Origin: a virus
Length of the DNA: 64,000 bases
IMG/VR virus record: IMGVR_UViG_3300031722_000008
Span: 64,001 to 128,000 of that record
Direction: 5' to 3' (one strand)
Shown here: piece by piece, positions 8,501 to 16,510 of the stretch
How the letters are laid out: each line of letters begins with the position of its first letter
Position numbering within the stretch: position 1 is the first letter of the stretch
The notes under the pieces: model-generated
What the model saw: the letters and a program-made list of their open reading frames with translations, nothing else
Told to the model about the DNA's origin: nothing
The model's database searches: none
Translations under genes and position numbers: made by a program

Positions 8501-8817
8501 ACCTTGACTTGTACGGCACCTGTGCCATCTTCTACGAGGTTTTTTCGCACCTTGTCAAAACTAGAGGGTATAAAGGATACACCCACTTCCAGAACTCTTG
8601 GAAAGAAAGTAAGTTCATTATACATGTATTTTCTAATAAAGTCTTCTATATTTTCTTGAGTAGGGTTATCAATATAGATTCCAGCTATCTTTTCTAAACA
8701 AGTATTTTGAACTGAACTGGCTACCTTATCTATCTTTTCGTGATCTACTGTTTCATAATCAGAAGTTAGTGCTAATGAAGCCATCATAGCTTCACTCACG
8801 TTAATTGCTCTTTTCAT
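5569..8817 (-). CDS. Large 1082-aa protein, possible virion/head protein with recurrent K-x-A motifs
   Basis: AGGAGG RBS; about 20 K-x-A motifs (EKTAS, DKTAS, EKVAS, DKEAS, EKLAA...); same strand as lysis genes; function inferred only. Confidence 0.7.
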   Translation of the reverse strand: MKRAINVSEAMMASLALTSDYETVDHEKIDKVASSVQNTCLEKIAGIYIDNPTQENIEDFIRKYMYNELTFFPRVLEVGVSFIPSSFDKVRKNLVEDGTGAVQVKVRSKIVELPFMIHGGDLEPFDVIQMDNQRVPYSRENLQKIIINLDRQLEKEQSGESDGSPYQGLADYTNPSTAPGFMGDVLSIRDSQSYTPGSGRYVTASSEFTELEKTASNYSEKNIQDLTTDQMISVLNKDGDLSFDTHSQLKSASETLDDLIKEAEFHEQCQAKNKAEKKSSTHEFYENLKKDLADGTDKTASENMLGEIEFIGNSNPTPAGLLEKSADEYDAMGLGWSSHRKDLADGFDKALQDVEREKSTVPAPMDGEDAVKTILRESGMKLDNGNIDKEASDHMKRFVEDGKNNFKAIFGNFTKKPHSNEGLEELGSLRNQFKKHAGETFVVTDLNAIMEKVASLKPMTEEEMNTIAFVLNKRAAMNTRDELEKLAADEEKQTPTRKDLDNAEKMVKFKFEDARHFDHGTFIVFPEIKDGQVSMTPGIVLSNLDTSFMSGKTAGFKFVCANDGRIKILEKDAFLCKKVDSAFKLVTTELRALQNNDNFFALNGDKVTIPLNIGFIGNLSYGNSIGENKISTVGYYYNCKPINSGYTNSLFSGKTVNSDSTDIYTLDEHKFEQVSHEDFLTAKAKESGLSEDIINSLMSYSGRTQKEVVVADPHSKVIKIAGIITTNFKDQNEFDTKNQLHDAGYDVEKVAFALNTVVVECVDRRVGIYNVFVDYKDTNQRFFNLRNQNFNRIKEGKVRAVLRILRFQGNKLNEIIYKAKNEPRASYPIPAECTAQDIQKLQGGAMTNVSTRAVKNIVQKYVNPLDIAKTLASTVMGAMITKSVVNMATPGGAVFKAGNILGKLANETAELSPKFEKYAQTHESEEYLDVARILGIGYNLSEKLATIIEDNNNLYPNIKEVVSDISLARPVLEKIAYDLTALKVNGTYHNIDTGVDKNDINRAVATIDNIYKIAKCLDESIDKDKLDFSKKSDKDKEEKEAGTDTMFGATTDAASKAVKNVNGAAGTLSTIPQPNVNNGGAM

Positions 8818-8905
8818 AATCTTTTCTACCTCCTTTAATTTCTATCTTTATTTTAGATTAAAAAGAGGTTTGTTACAAGTTATTATATATTATCTATTAA
8901 ATCTT

Positions 8906-8921
8906 GTATAAGATATTAAAG
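8906..8921 (+). promoter_or_regulatory. Conserved phage promoter-like motif
   Basis: GTATAAGATATTAAAG. Confidence 0.7.
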
Positions 8922-8940
8922 AAAATGATATATCATTTTC
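8921..8940. promoter_or_regulatory. Perfect 20-bp palindrome, operator or 5' hairpin
   Basis: GAAAATGATATATCATTTTC abuts the promoter motif. Confidence 0.45.
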
Positions 8941-8966
8941 GAAATTACTTTCGGGAGGAATTAAAT

Positions 8967-9731
8967 ATGAAGACAAAACGTATCGAAGGATTGGTGAGAA
9001 AAGCTATGTTATCAAAAACAAAGGATGAGTCAGCAAGAAAAGTGGTTTACTCTGATGGAGGTAGGCTTGAAAAAACTTTAGTTAAATCAGGAATAACTAT
9101 AATTGAAGAGCATCCAGTAATTAAAAGTGAACTACAAAAAGAAAATGAGGATCTAAAAAAAGAGAATGAAGAACTTACAGAGAGTGAAGCTAATTGGTCG
9201 AAGAAATATAATGAATTACTAGGAAAATTTAATGAAAGAGGAAGAGAAGTTAGAAGTTTACTTAATAGAAATACCAATCTAGTACATGAACTTGATAGAA
9301 AAACTAAGGTAGCTAATGAGTTTGAAAGTGCATATGAGAAAAAACTTGATGAACTTGTAAGAAAAACTAAAGTAGCTAATAATCTTAATTCAAATTATAA
9401 TAAATCAATAGAGGAAGTTCATGAATTAAAGATATATAATAAACAATTAAATCTCACTAATTCTTCACTTAATTCTCAGCTAGCAAAAGCTAATAAATCT
9501 ATGCCTATTGAACTAGTAATTAAAGATGTACGTGATTTTCTACGTAATTCTACTAAAGAAGGATTGTTCAGTGTTTCTTGTGAAGGTTTGTATGAATATT
9601 ATAAAACATCTAGAAATCATATGTACTATCTTCCTGAATTAGAAACTTTCGATGCTATTATGCTACAATTTGGCTATTGCACAGTAGTTGATGATGATAA
9701 TTCATGGTTTGGATTGACTGTCGTACAATAA
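8967..9731 (+). CDS. Coiled-coil protein with C-terminal winged-helix-like domain
   Basis: GGGAGG RBS before ATG 8967; internal repeat (EL.RKTKVAN x2); C-terminal VRDFL...LYEYYK...F...M.QFG.....WFGL pattern like D5/P4-primase C-terminal wHTH. Confidence 0.6.
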   Translation: MKTKRIEGLVRKAMLSKTKDESARKVVYSDGGRLEKTLVKSGITIIEEHPVIKSELQKENEDLKKENEELTESEANWSKKYNELLGKFNERGREVRSLLNRNTNLVHELDRKTKVANEFESAYEKKLDELVRKTKVANNLNSNYNKSIEEVHELKIYNKQLNLTNSSLNSQLAKANKSMPIELVIKDVRDFLRNSTKEGLFSVSCEGLYEYYKTSRNHMYYLPELETFDAIMLQFGYCTVVDDDNSWFGLTVVQ

Positions 9732-9748
9732 AATTCATTTGAATACCG

Positions 9749-9772
9749 ATTGGAGGGCAATTGCCCTCCAAT
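9749..9772 (+). terminator. Terminator, perfect 24-bp palindrome of the GAGGGC family
   Basis: ATTGGAGGGCAATTGCCCTCCAAT plus T-run. Confidence 0.7.
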
Positions 9773-9825
9773 TTTTCATTTTAGGTTCAAAATCATCAAC
9801 TAATTGATAATCATTTCTAATTGAC

Positions 9826-10345
9826 AATGGACACTTTTAAAATCAAAGTGTCCATTTTGGACTTTTCATATAATTGAGAAATTTCTAGTCCAGGAAAAGA
9901 AAAATAAAAAGTGGACAGATGGAAATAAATGGGTGTCCACAAAGTGTCCAAGCTTTTTTCTTGTCCCAAAAAGGATTCTCACTAAAAATGATGAATTTGG
10001 ACACTTTTTAGCTAAGGGTATCCCCCTTTATGTAAAAATTCTTTAAAAAAATCTTAAAATAAGAGAGAATTTAAAGGAAAAGGAGTGAATTAAAAAATTA
10101 CCCCTATATAGTTTATCTTAAAGTGTCCTAATATATATATATTATTATATTATATTATATATATATAACCTATAAGTAAGTGTCCATAAGGGTTTCCCCA
10201 AAAATGATTTACCAAATATTATCATTACTGGTGGACACTTACTGGACACTTGAGGACACCCTTATTTTTCCAAAGCAATTATTTCCTTTCAGAGAGCCAC
10301 GCCCACCATGTCCACAAGGACACTTACAGAAATTGTAAGTGTCCA
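9826..10345. repeat. Iteron-like repeat cluster (TGGACACTT/AAGTGTCCA) around an AT-only tract; putative replication origin or centromere
   Basis: 12 exact GGACAC/GTGTCC hexamers in about 520 bp, both orientations, two inverted pairs, a tandem triple at 10232-10259, AT-only stretch 10129-10168; no ORF. Confidence 0.7.
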
Positions 10346-10363
10346 CATTATAGTTTTTTATTA

Positions 10364-10421
10364 TACTGATGAGTACAAATTATCAGAGTATTCTATGTTT
10401 TTGTACTGACGAGTATAAATT
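10364..10421. promoter_or_regulatory. Pair of 18-bp direct repeats, operator-like
   Basis: TACTGATGAGTACAAATT and TACTGACGAGTATAAATT, 40 bp apart, each with a TACT..AGTA dyad. Confidence 0.4.
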
Positions 10422-10505
10422 GCGCTCAATTTTGCATTTTAGTATATTTTCCACGCAAGCCATGACATAGATGATACAATATAAAACAGAACGGAGGTGT
10501 AAGCC

Positions 10506-10604
10506 ATGAAAACTGTAGTAATAGGAATCATCATTTATATAGTATTGCTGATTATCACGCTAGCATTTGTGCGAGGTGCAAGTGGCAAGGAGAGCAAGGA
10601 ATGA
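10506..10604 (+). CDS. Small single-TM peptide, 32 aa (not in ORF track)
   Basis: GGAGGTG RBS; MKTVVIGIIIYIVLLIITLAFVRGASGKESKE; TGnTACAAT extended -10 upstream. Confidence 0.6.
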   Translation: MKTVVIGIIIYIVLLIITLAFVRGASGKESKE

Positions 10605-10630
10605 AATTCATCAAAGTCTTGGATTAATTA

Positions 10631-10646
10631 GTATAAGACATTAAAG
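10631..10646 (+). promoter_or_regulatory. Conserved phage promoter-like motif with 5' hairpin
   Basis: GTATAAGACATTAAAG; 10640-10652 pairs with 10672-10684. Confidence 0.7.
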
Positions 10647-10694
10647 AAGAAAGAGCTTAAGACTAAGTTTATTTCTTCTTTAATATTTTGTTTT

Positions 10695-10916
10695 ATGATT
10701 GGAGGGATTTGTATAAAATGTTGTGTCGAGGGTTGCGAGAACGAAGCAATCAAAACTATTCCTTTTGTTTGTACTAATTCAAGTTTAGATTTAAGGCTCC
10801 ATGATGGTGAAACCTTTAATTTGTCTGTATGTGCGAAGCATGAGGAGAAAATAATAATACCAACAGAAATAAGTTATGAAATCAAATGGGAGGGAGAAAA
10901 TCATGAGTCAATATAA
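10695..10916 (+). CDS. Small Cys/His zinc-binding protein
   Basis: C-x4-C ... C-x2-H; exact start uncertain. Confidence 0.55.
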   Translation: MIGGICIKCCVEGCENEAIKTIPFVCTNSSLDLRLHDGETFNLSVCAKHEEKIIIPTEISYEIKWEGENHESI

Positions 10917-11397
10917 ATATTCTATAGATTTTAAAGTAATGAATCCAGAAAGTGTAGAGCTTATAAACAAAGGATTCAACATGAATCAATCATCAATGAT
11001 AAATTCAGCAGTAGTGGAATCAATCACTACTGCTTTGAATTTAAAACAAACAGCTTTTATTATAACAGATTCTCAATTAATTAAGGATGATACAGTAATC
11101 GGAATAGAAGACAGAAATGAGCCACGAATGATAGAAGATTTAGTAAGTATTAATAATCTTCTTGCTGTAATTGATTTGAGTGATGAGTTTAATGATCATG
11201 TATTTGAATTGGAAAGATTATACAACAAAAAGATGGAAGGTCGAATAGGTTTTATGACATGGCTAAATTATTATATAAAAATTGATTACAGTTCCGTTGG
11301 ATTTAAAGACAAAGCAATAGCAGCTATAAGAAAAGCTGATGAATTGATAGGAAAAAATAAAATCAAATGGGAGGGCGAAAATAGTGAGAATAAGTGA
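10903..11397 (+). CDS. Hypothetical protein
   Basis: GGGAGG RBS before MSQYKY. Confidence 0.65.
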   Translation: MSQYKYSIDFKVMNPESVELINKGFNMNQSSMINSAVVESITTALNLKQTAFIITDSQLIKDDTVIGIEDRNEPRMIEDLVSINNLLAVIDLSDEFNDHVFELERLYNKKMEGRIGFMTWLNYYIKIDYSSVGFKDKAIAAIRKADELIGKNKIKWEGENSENK

Positions 11398-11680
11398 TGA
11401 TAAAATGAATGAAATAGTTAAGGAAGTGGTAGGTGAAGTCACTTCAAACTACGAAATCGGAGAAATATGGAATGGACTTGATGAGCCATATAAAGAAGAT
11501 GTTGAGAATAAAGTATTTGGAATAATTAAAAATGGAATTAATAATGAAGAATTTGGAAGTATATCCGATGAAGAACTTAGTGAGTGGGGATTCACTGAAA
11601 ATCAAAAAGAGATTATTAAAAAGATGTATGCAACTCATAAGAAAGGAACTTTTCCAAACCCTAGATGTGCACTGTATTAA
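11384..11680 (+). CDS. Hypothetical acidic protein
   Basis: GGGAGG RBS, GTG start. Confidence 0.65.
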   Translation: MRISDDKMNEIVKEVVGEVTSNYEIGEIWNGLDEPYKEDVENKVFGIIKNGINNEEFGSISDEELSEWGFTENQKEIIKKMYATHKKGTFPNPRCALY

Positions 11681-11692
11681 GGAGGCAAATTA

Positions 11693-11998
11693 ATGAAATC
11701 AACAGAATTAATAAAAAGATCAGATGCTGATATTTTACCAATTAAAACAGGTGTTCCTTATACAAAGGAAGTTTTATGGGATTATATCAAAGAAAATGAA
11801 AATCAAAAGAAAGAAGATGTCTTTATCGATAAAGGAGAAAAAACCAGTTATCTATGTCATTTATCGCTAGAAACTTTCAGTCTTTGTTTTTTACTCAATG
11901 CAAGTAAATTAAAAGAAACAGATAAAATAATAGTAACCTTAGACGGAAATAGGTTAAGTATAAAAGAGATTGAAGGTGACAGTAATGGTTCAATGTAA
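11693..11998 (+). CDS. Hypothetical protein
   Basis: AGGAGG RBS. Confidence 0.65.
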   Translation: MKSTELIKRSDADILPIKTGVPYTKEVLWDYIKENENQKKEDVFIDKGEKTSYLCHLSLETFSLCFLLNASKLKETDKIIVTLDGNRLSIKEIEGDSNGSM

Positions 11999-12140
11999 AA
12001 TATCAATAAATAATGAAGAGGGTTGCATCAACTGCTGTGATTTCTGTACTTCACAGTGTGAGAAGAAATGTATTTTTACTAAAAGAGGATTGGCTTGCGA
12101 CAATAAACTGATTGGCAAGGAGAGTGAGAACGATGAGTGA
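11985..12140 (+). CDS. Small Cys-rich protein, 51 aa (not in ORF track)
   Basis: MVQCKISINNEEGCINCCDFCTSQCEKKCIF...; AAGGTG RBS; fills gap. Confidence 0.55.
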   Translation: MVQCKISINNEEGCINCCDFCTSQCEKKCIFTKRGLACDNKLIGKESENDE

Positions 12141-12390
12141 AGCTGCTAAAAAAATAGCCTTGATAGTAACTTTAACTAATGGGAAAAGATATGCTATTGC
12201 ATCTGATACATCACCATTAGTTTTTATTGCATCACTGAATGGTGATGGATTTAAATATTATGAATTATATACAGATCAAATGGATTATAATGTCCATTGT
12301 AAACTCAATAGAGTTGCTATCAATGCTAGGGATATATCTTCAGTAGAATATTATGAAAAGACAGGTGATGAAGATGGAGTTAAAGAGTAG
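12133..12390 (+). CDS. Hypothetical protein
   Basis: AGGAG RBS; start MSEAAKK. Confidence 0.6.
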   Translation: MSEAAKKIALIVTLTNGKRYAIASDTSPLVFIASLNGDGFKYYELYTDQMDYNVHCKLNRVAINARDISSVEYYEKTGDEDGVKE

Positions 12391-12805
12391 CGAAGAATTA
12401 TATCCTGGATGGGAAGATGCTAACAAAACTATAGATAAGATAAATAATATGTTTGCAGTATCAATACAATGTGGAGGTTGTACTGATATAAGTTTCTTTC
12501 CACAAGGAATAGATTCAATAGTTCCAATGAAATATCAGTATCAAGTTCATAATAGAACTTTAGCTTTTAATAAGTGGCTTATTATGCAATTAAAGATTGG
12601 ACACTTTTGGCATCTTCCTAATTTAGGATATTCCGGTGCAGTAGCTAAAATAATATTAAATAAGATTAAGTCATATGAGAAAGAAAATCATTTAGATATA
12701 AGCAAACTTTACAAAACAGTTATGGGAGTATGGAGTGGTCCTGATTTTGTTCCACTTCCTGAGTCACTAACACGTTTCATTAAATTATATGAGATAGAGA
12801 GGTAG
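12353..12805 (+). CDS. Hypothetical protein
   Basis: Packed operon; true start probably 12368 or 12374. Confidence 0.6.
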   Translation: MKRQVMKMELKSSEELYPGWEDANKTIDKINNMFAVSIQCGGCTDISFFPQGIDSIVPMKYQYQVHNRTLAFNKWLIMQLKIGHFWHLPNLGYSGAVAKIILNKIKSYEKENHLDISKLYKTVMGVWSGPDFVPLPESLTRFIKLYEIER

Positions 12806-12813
12806 GAAATAAT

Positions 12814-13362
12814 ATGAAGATATGTTTTACAGGCCATCGTCCAGATAAACTTGGAGGGTACAATAGAGATTCTGATAAAAATCTAAGAATAAAAGAAAAA
12901 ATAAAAAATACGGTGCTTGAAATAATTAAAGATCAATACAACGTATGCACTGTAATCGTTGGTGGAGCGCTTGGTACTGACCAAATGGCTTTCGACGCGT
13001 GCCATGAAATAAAGTGGCCACTAACTATTGAAATAGCAATACCATTTGGTCAGCAGTATATAAAATGGACACCAAAACAACAAGAATATTATCTAGAACA
13101 ACTCAAACTAGCAGATGAAGTTACCGCAGTAGATTATGTAGAGGGGTATGAAGTAAAAGGAATCGATAAAGATATTTACCATCCAGGCAAAATGGATAAG
13201 AGAAATAGATACATGGTAGATAACGCTGACATTGTTATCGCTGTATGGAATGGTGACGAGAAAAGTAAAAGTGGCACTTGGAACTGCATTAAATATGCAA
13301 GAAAAAAAGGTAAGAAGATCATTTATATAGATCCTAATAATTTGGAGGAGGCAGCAAGATGA
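12814..13362 (+). CDS. SLOG family (YspA/DUF1273-like) nucleotide-binding protein
   Basis: CFTGHRP, GGALGTDQ, RNRYMVD, AVWNG...SGT motifs. Confidence 0.85.
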   Translation: MKICFTGHRPDKLGGYNRDSDKNLRIKEKIKNTVLEIIKDQYNVCTVIVGGALGTDQMAFDACHEIKWPLTIEIAIPFGQQYIKWTPKQQEYYLEQLKLADEVTAVDYVEGYEVKGIDKDIYHPGKMDKRNRYMVDNADIVIAVWNGDEKSKSGTWNCIKYARKKGKKIIYIDPNNLEEAAR

Positions 13363-13529
13363 GTAAAGAAATTGATAATGCAGTAAAATTACTAAGGGAT
13401 AATGGGTATGCAGTTAAAAAATTAACCAATTCAATGAAAAAAGATAGCCAAAAATGTGCAGAGTTAAGTGCTAAAGGAAAAGAAATGGAGTGCTTTGGAT
13501 GCGCTTGTAGTATCTGTATAGCTCAATAA
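13359..13529 (+). CDS. Small Cys-rich protein, 56 aa (not in ORF track)
   Basis: GGAGG RBS; ends CFGCACSICIAQ. Confidence 0.6.
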   Translation: MSKEIDNAVKLLRDNGYAVKKLTNSMKKDSQKCAELSAKGKEMECFGCACSICIAQ

Positions 13530-13549
13530 ATAGGAGGAGGAAAATTAAG

Positions 13550-13675
13550 ATGAAATTAAGAGATAAATACGGATGGCCGATAGAAACAGTTAAAGGAAAC
13601 CATGTAGTAAATTTCTTCAGAACACTATTTCTTATAAATTTAAGAAAAACCTATAATAAAAGGAATGATAAATAA
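13550..13675 (+). CDS. Small protein, 41 aa (not in ORF track)
   Basis: AGGAGGAGG RBS; MKLRDKYGWPIETVKG... Confidence 0.55.
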   Translation: MKLRDKYGWPIETVKGNHVVNFFRTLFLINLRKTYNKRNDK

Positions 13676-13698
13676 TTTAGAAAGCGAGGAATAATAAA

Positions 13699-14574
13699 AT
13701 GGCAATGAAAGATGGAATATTTCTACATGATTACCTTCATGTAGAAACAGATAGTTTTGGAAATCAAGATGAAGAACAAGTAAAAGTAGGGTTAGTTAAT
13801 TTTGGTAGTGAGGGCAAAAGACACTACTCTTTTGATGAAGTAAAGGAAATGATTGAGAGTGGTGAACTAAAAGATGATAATATCAAAATAAATGAAAAGG
13901 GTGAAGTTCAGCTACGCGGTCACTACTTAACTTATTGCAAAGCATTCAATGTTGTTTGCGGCAGACCAATTAATGTTAAAAATGAGGAAGATAGTAAGAA
14001 AATTATAGAATATGGAAGAAAGATAGGTATAATCCATGATGATTTTGTTCCTATGGAAGGTTGGTTTGGAACAAAAGAAGTAAAGGAAGATTTAATTATT
14101 GTAGATTACAATGAAGAAGAGCCTGAAAAAACTTTTACAATCACATATACCTTTAAGAACAAGGAATTAGATGATAATTTTGCAGAGGATATTTGTATTG
14201 GTGCGATAAAGAAGTTAGCTGGCCACAGAGTTACAGTTCATAGAGGTGAACCTGAACCAGACATAGAAAAGATATTTGAATGTTCAGATGTATGGTTTAA
14301 TAAGGAAGAGAAGAAACTTATAATTAGTGGAGTCAAAGCACAGTGGATGACAAAGCACATTGAGTTCGCAATTAAGAATTTGGATTTAGAATTATGGATG
14401 TTATTTAATCCTAATAAATTATGGAATAGATTCTTCTACGCAGCAACGCAAGCAGTGAGAGATAGAAATCAAGAGCATTGGTTCAACGATTTGATCCAAC
14501 CAAAGAGTGAAACTAAGAGAAATACTGAATGGAAAGATAAAAAGCTTGGAAAAACATGGGAGGGCAAGGAATAA
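13699..14574 (+). CDS. Hypothetical protein
   Basis: 291-aa ORF with RBS. Confidence 0.75.
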   Translation: MAMKDGIFLHDYLHVETDSFGNQDEEQVKVGLVNFGSEGKRHYSFDEVKEMIESGELKDDNIKINEKGEVQLRGHYLTYCKAFNVVCGRPINVKNEEDSKKIIEYGRKIGIIHDDFVPMEGWFGTKEVKEDLIIVDYNEEEPEKTFTITYTFKNKELDDNFAEDICIGAIKKLAGHRVTVHRGEPEPDIEKIFECSDVWFNKEEKKLIISGVKAQWMTKHIEFAIKNLDLELWMLFNPNKLWNRFFYAATQAVRDRNQEHWFNDLIQPKSETKRNTEWKDKKLGKTWEGKE

Positions 14575-14576
14575 TT

Positions 14577-14870
14577 ATGGATAGTGTAAAATGGGCGCTC
14601 GCATCTTCACTGAATACAAGTCCAGATAAGACTGTAGTGAAATCAACATCCAATTCAATTAGTGTCAAGAACAAAGGTTGCAAAGGCACAATGAGGAAAA
14701 GGAGTCAATGTACTACATGCGGTAGGAAAGGCACTTATCAAATGGGAATATTTGCATGGGGAGCTTGTTGCAATAGAGATGATGGTTGGAGAAGACTTGA
14801 GGGCGAATTAAAAAAGGATAAGCCATGTGAATTCTATATAATAAAGGAGAGTAAGGAAGATGTTAGATAG
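14577..14870 (+). CDS. Cys-rich hypothetical protein
   Basis: CTTC...CC...C; start MDSVKW after AAGGA. Confidence 0.6.
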   Translation: MDSVKWALASSLNTSPDKTVVKSTSNSISVKNKGCKGTMRKRSQCTTCGRKGTYQMGIFAWGACCNRDDGWRRLEGELKKDKPCEFYIIKESKEDVR

Positions 14871-15051
14871 AGGCGAAAATGGAAAATTAAAATTAGATAC
14901 GAATAGCTTAGCATTATTTATAAATGAATTGTATAGCCAATGTAAAACCCAAGAAGAAGTAGACTTTCTAAAAGAAAATCTAGTAAGTGTATCTGAATGT
15001 GAAGCAGAAACAAGAGAAGAGGAGATAGAAGATGGTAAGGACAATAATTAA
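14860..15051 (+). CDS. Small acidic protein
   Basis: Overlapping operon gene. Confidence 0.55.
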   Translation: MLDRGENGKLKLDTNSLALFINELYSQCKTQEEVDFLKENLVSVSECEAETREEEIEDGKDNN

Positions 15052-15277
15052 TTCAACAAAAACAAGAAGACAACCAATGCCAAATCAATGTGAAATATGC
15101 GGTAATTATAAAGCAGAAAAGAAAGAAAACAGAGATATTACTGATAGCACTAAAAATAAATGTTTCAAACAATGGGAAAGAGGAAACAATAAGTATGCAC
15201 CATTCACTAACAGTAAAAGAGAAATAGAGCTTACATGTAATGAATTTAGTCATATGAGAGTATTAAAAGCATGGTAG
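15032..15277 (+). CDS. Small Cys-containing protein
   Basis: GAGGAG RBS; CEIC. Confidence 0.6.
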   Translation: MVRTIINSTKTRRQPMPNQCEICGNYKAEKKENRDITDSTKNKCFKQWERGNNKYAPFTNSKREIELTCNEFSHMRVLKAW

Positions 15278-15289
15278 GAGGAATTAATT

Positions 15290-15913
15290 ATGCCAAAAAT
15301 TAAAAATCAAAGAGAAACCGAAAGAGCAGTAAGTGAAATATCTTCACTTGTAGGATATATTAAAGTTGCCGATGAGTTCATCACTAAAAAGTTCAGTGGA
15401 GATGAGTATTCAGTAGGCTTTTCTATTCCAGTTCCAGGTGATTATTCTGATAAATTTGAATCTGCAATGATTTGCAAAAATAAAAGAATTATAAATTCAA
15501 TGGTAAGGCAATACAAGAATGAATCAAGAGCAAAGATTATAAGTATACTGGAGAAACACCCAGAAATAGAATTAGATGATGAAGAAATGAGTCTAGTATA
15601 CGTAAAGAAAGATAATAAACTGTTATATGCGATTTGGGTAGACGAAAACAATCCATTCTTAATAGGATCTATTTATATACTGCAAGACCTAGATAATGAA
15701 TGTTACTATGTTAAACAGGGAAATTGCGATGCTGTAGCTAAGGATTCTGTCACATTAATATCAAAAGAATTTTATGAATTATTATTTCAATCACAACAAA
15801 GTATTTACAATAACATTAAACTAATGGACTTACTTCCTGTAGCAAAAGAGCATTTAACTGGAATATGTAAATTGAAAAATGTACACAGAAAGGATGATGA
15901 TAGTGAAAGATAA
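15290..15913 (+). CDS. Hypothetical protein
   Basis: AGGAGG RBS. Confidence 0.7.
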   Translation: MPKIKNQRETERAVSEISSLVGYIKVADEFITKKFSGDEYSVGFSIPVPGDYSDKFESAMICKNKRIINSMVRQYKNESRAKIISILEKHPEIELDDEEMSLVYVKKDNKLLYAIWVDENNPFLIGSIYILQDLDNECYYVKQGNCDAVAKDSVTLISKEFYELLFQSQQSIYNNIKLMDLLPVAKEHLTGICKLKNVHRKDDDSER

Positions 15914-16058
15914 AAGAGCAGAGCTATTAGAGAGATGGGGCAAGTTGGGAGTTATTTGTGTGCGTGGAGTAAACCCCTACTCTCACCCACTAGATAAATT
16001 AGAAGAAGTAATTGATTGGCTAGAAAAGAAGAAGGCGAAAGATGAGGCGAATAAATAA
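15903..16058 (+). CDS. Small protein, 51 aa (not in ORF track)
   Basis: GTG start overlapping previous stop; its TAA overlaps next ATG. Confidence 0.5.
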   Translation: MKDKRAELLERWGKLGVICVRGVNPYSHPLDKLEEVIDWLEKKKAKDEANK

Positions 16059-16501
16059 TGGGTATCGATAGATGCAAAATAGTATGCAGTAGAGATGGAG
16101 GACCAAACACAATAACTTTTGGACAAGTGTATGAAGCGGTTTTTGCTAATATGCTAGAAGACCGCTCAAAATGCACACAATACTTTATTATTAATGATAA
16201 AAATGAAGGGGAAATAGTCAGTGGATTTAATTTTTTATACTATACTGAATCTAGAAGTTTTGATAGCGCAATAAAATGGTTTAGTGATAGCGATATAGAT
16301 AAAGTACTTTTTGTTCCGGGTAAAATAAGAATTTATAAAGAAAAAGTAAAAGAAGACAGTATTTTCAATCTTAATTATATGGTCAGTTGTGAAACCGGAG
16401 GAACTAAGAAGTTTGAAGATATTGATGATATTGAACTTAAATTATCTCTATTAAAAGAAGATTGGATGATATGTAGATTGAATCCACTTTCTCACGCATA
16501 G
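16058..16501 (+). CDS. Hypothetical protein
   Basis: Packed operon. Confidence 0.65.
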   Translation: MGIDRCKIVCSRDGGPNTITFGQVYEAVFANMLEDRSKCTQYFIINDKNEGEIVSGFNFLYYTESRSFDSAIKWFSDSDIDKVLFVPGKIRIYKEKVKEDSIFNLNYMVSCETGGTKKFEDIDDIELKLSLLKEDWMICRLNPLSHA

Positions 16502-16510
16502 GAGGAAATT

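Noticed and set aside
8818-8905. Late promoter motif GATAGAAAT shared upstream of minus-strand genes at 8817 and 63261
   Set aside because: Only two exact copies of a short AT-rich word; cannot be told from chance in this window.
9801-9822. Fur box-like TGATAATCATTTCTA
   Set aside because: Three mismatches to the 7-1-7 consensus in very AT-rich DNA and no iron-related gene nearby.
10364-10421. Hammerhead ribozyme (CTGATGA / CTGACGA cores)
   Set aside because: No stem II followed by GAAA and no compatible stems I and III; better explained as DNA direct repeats.
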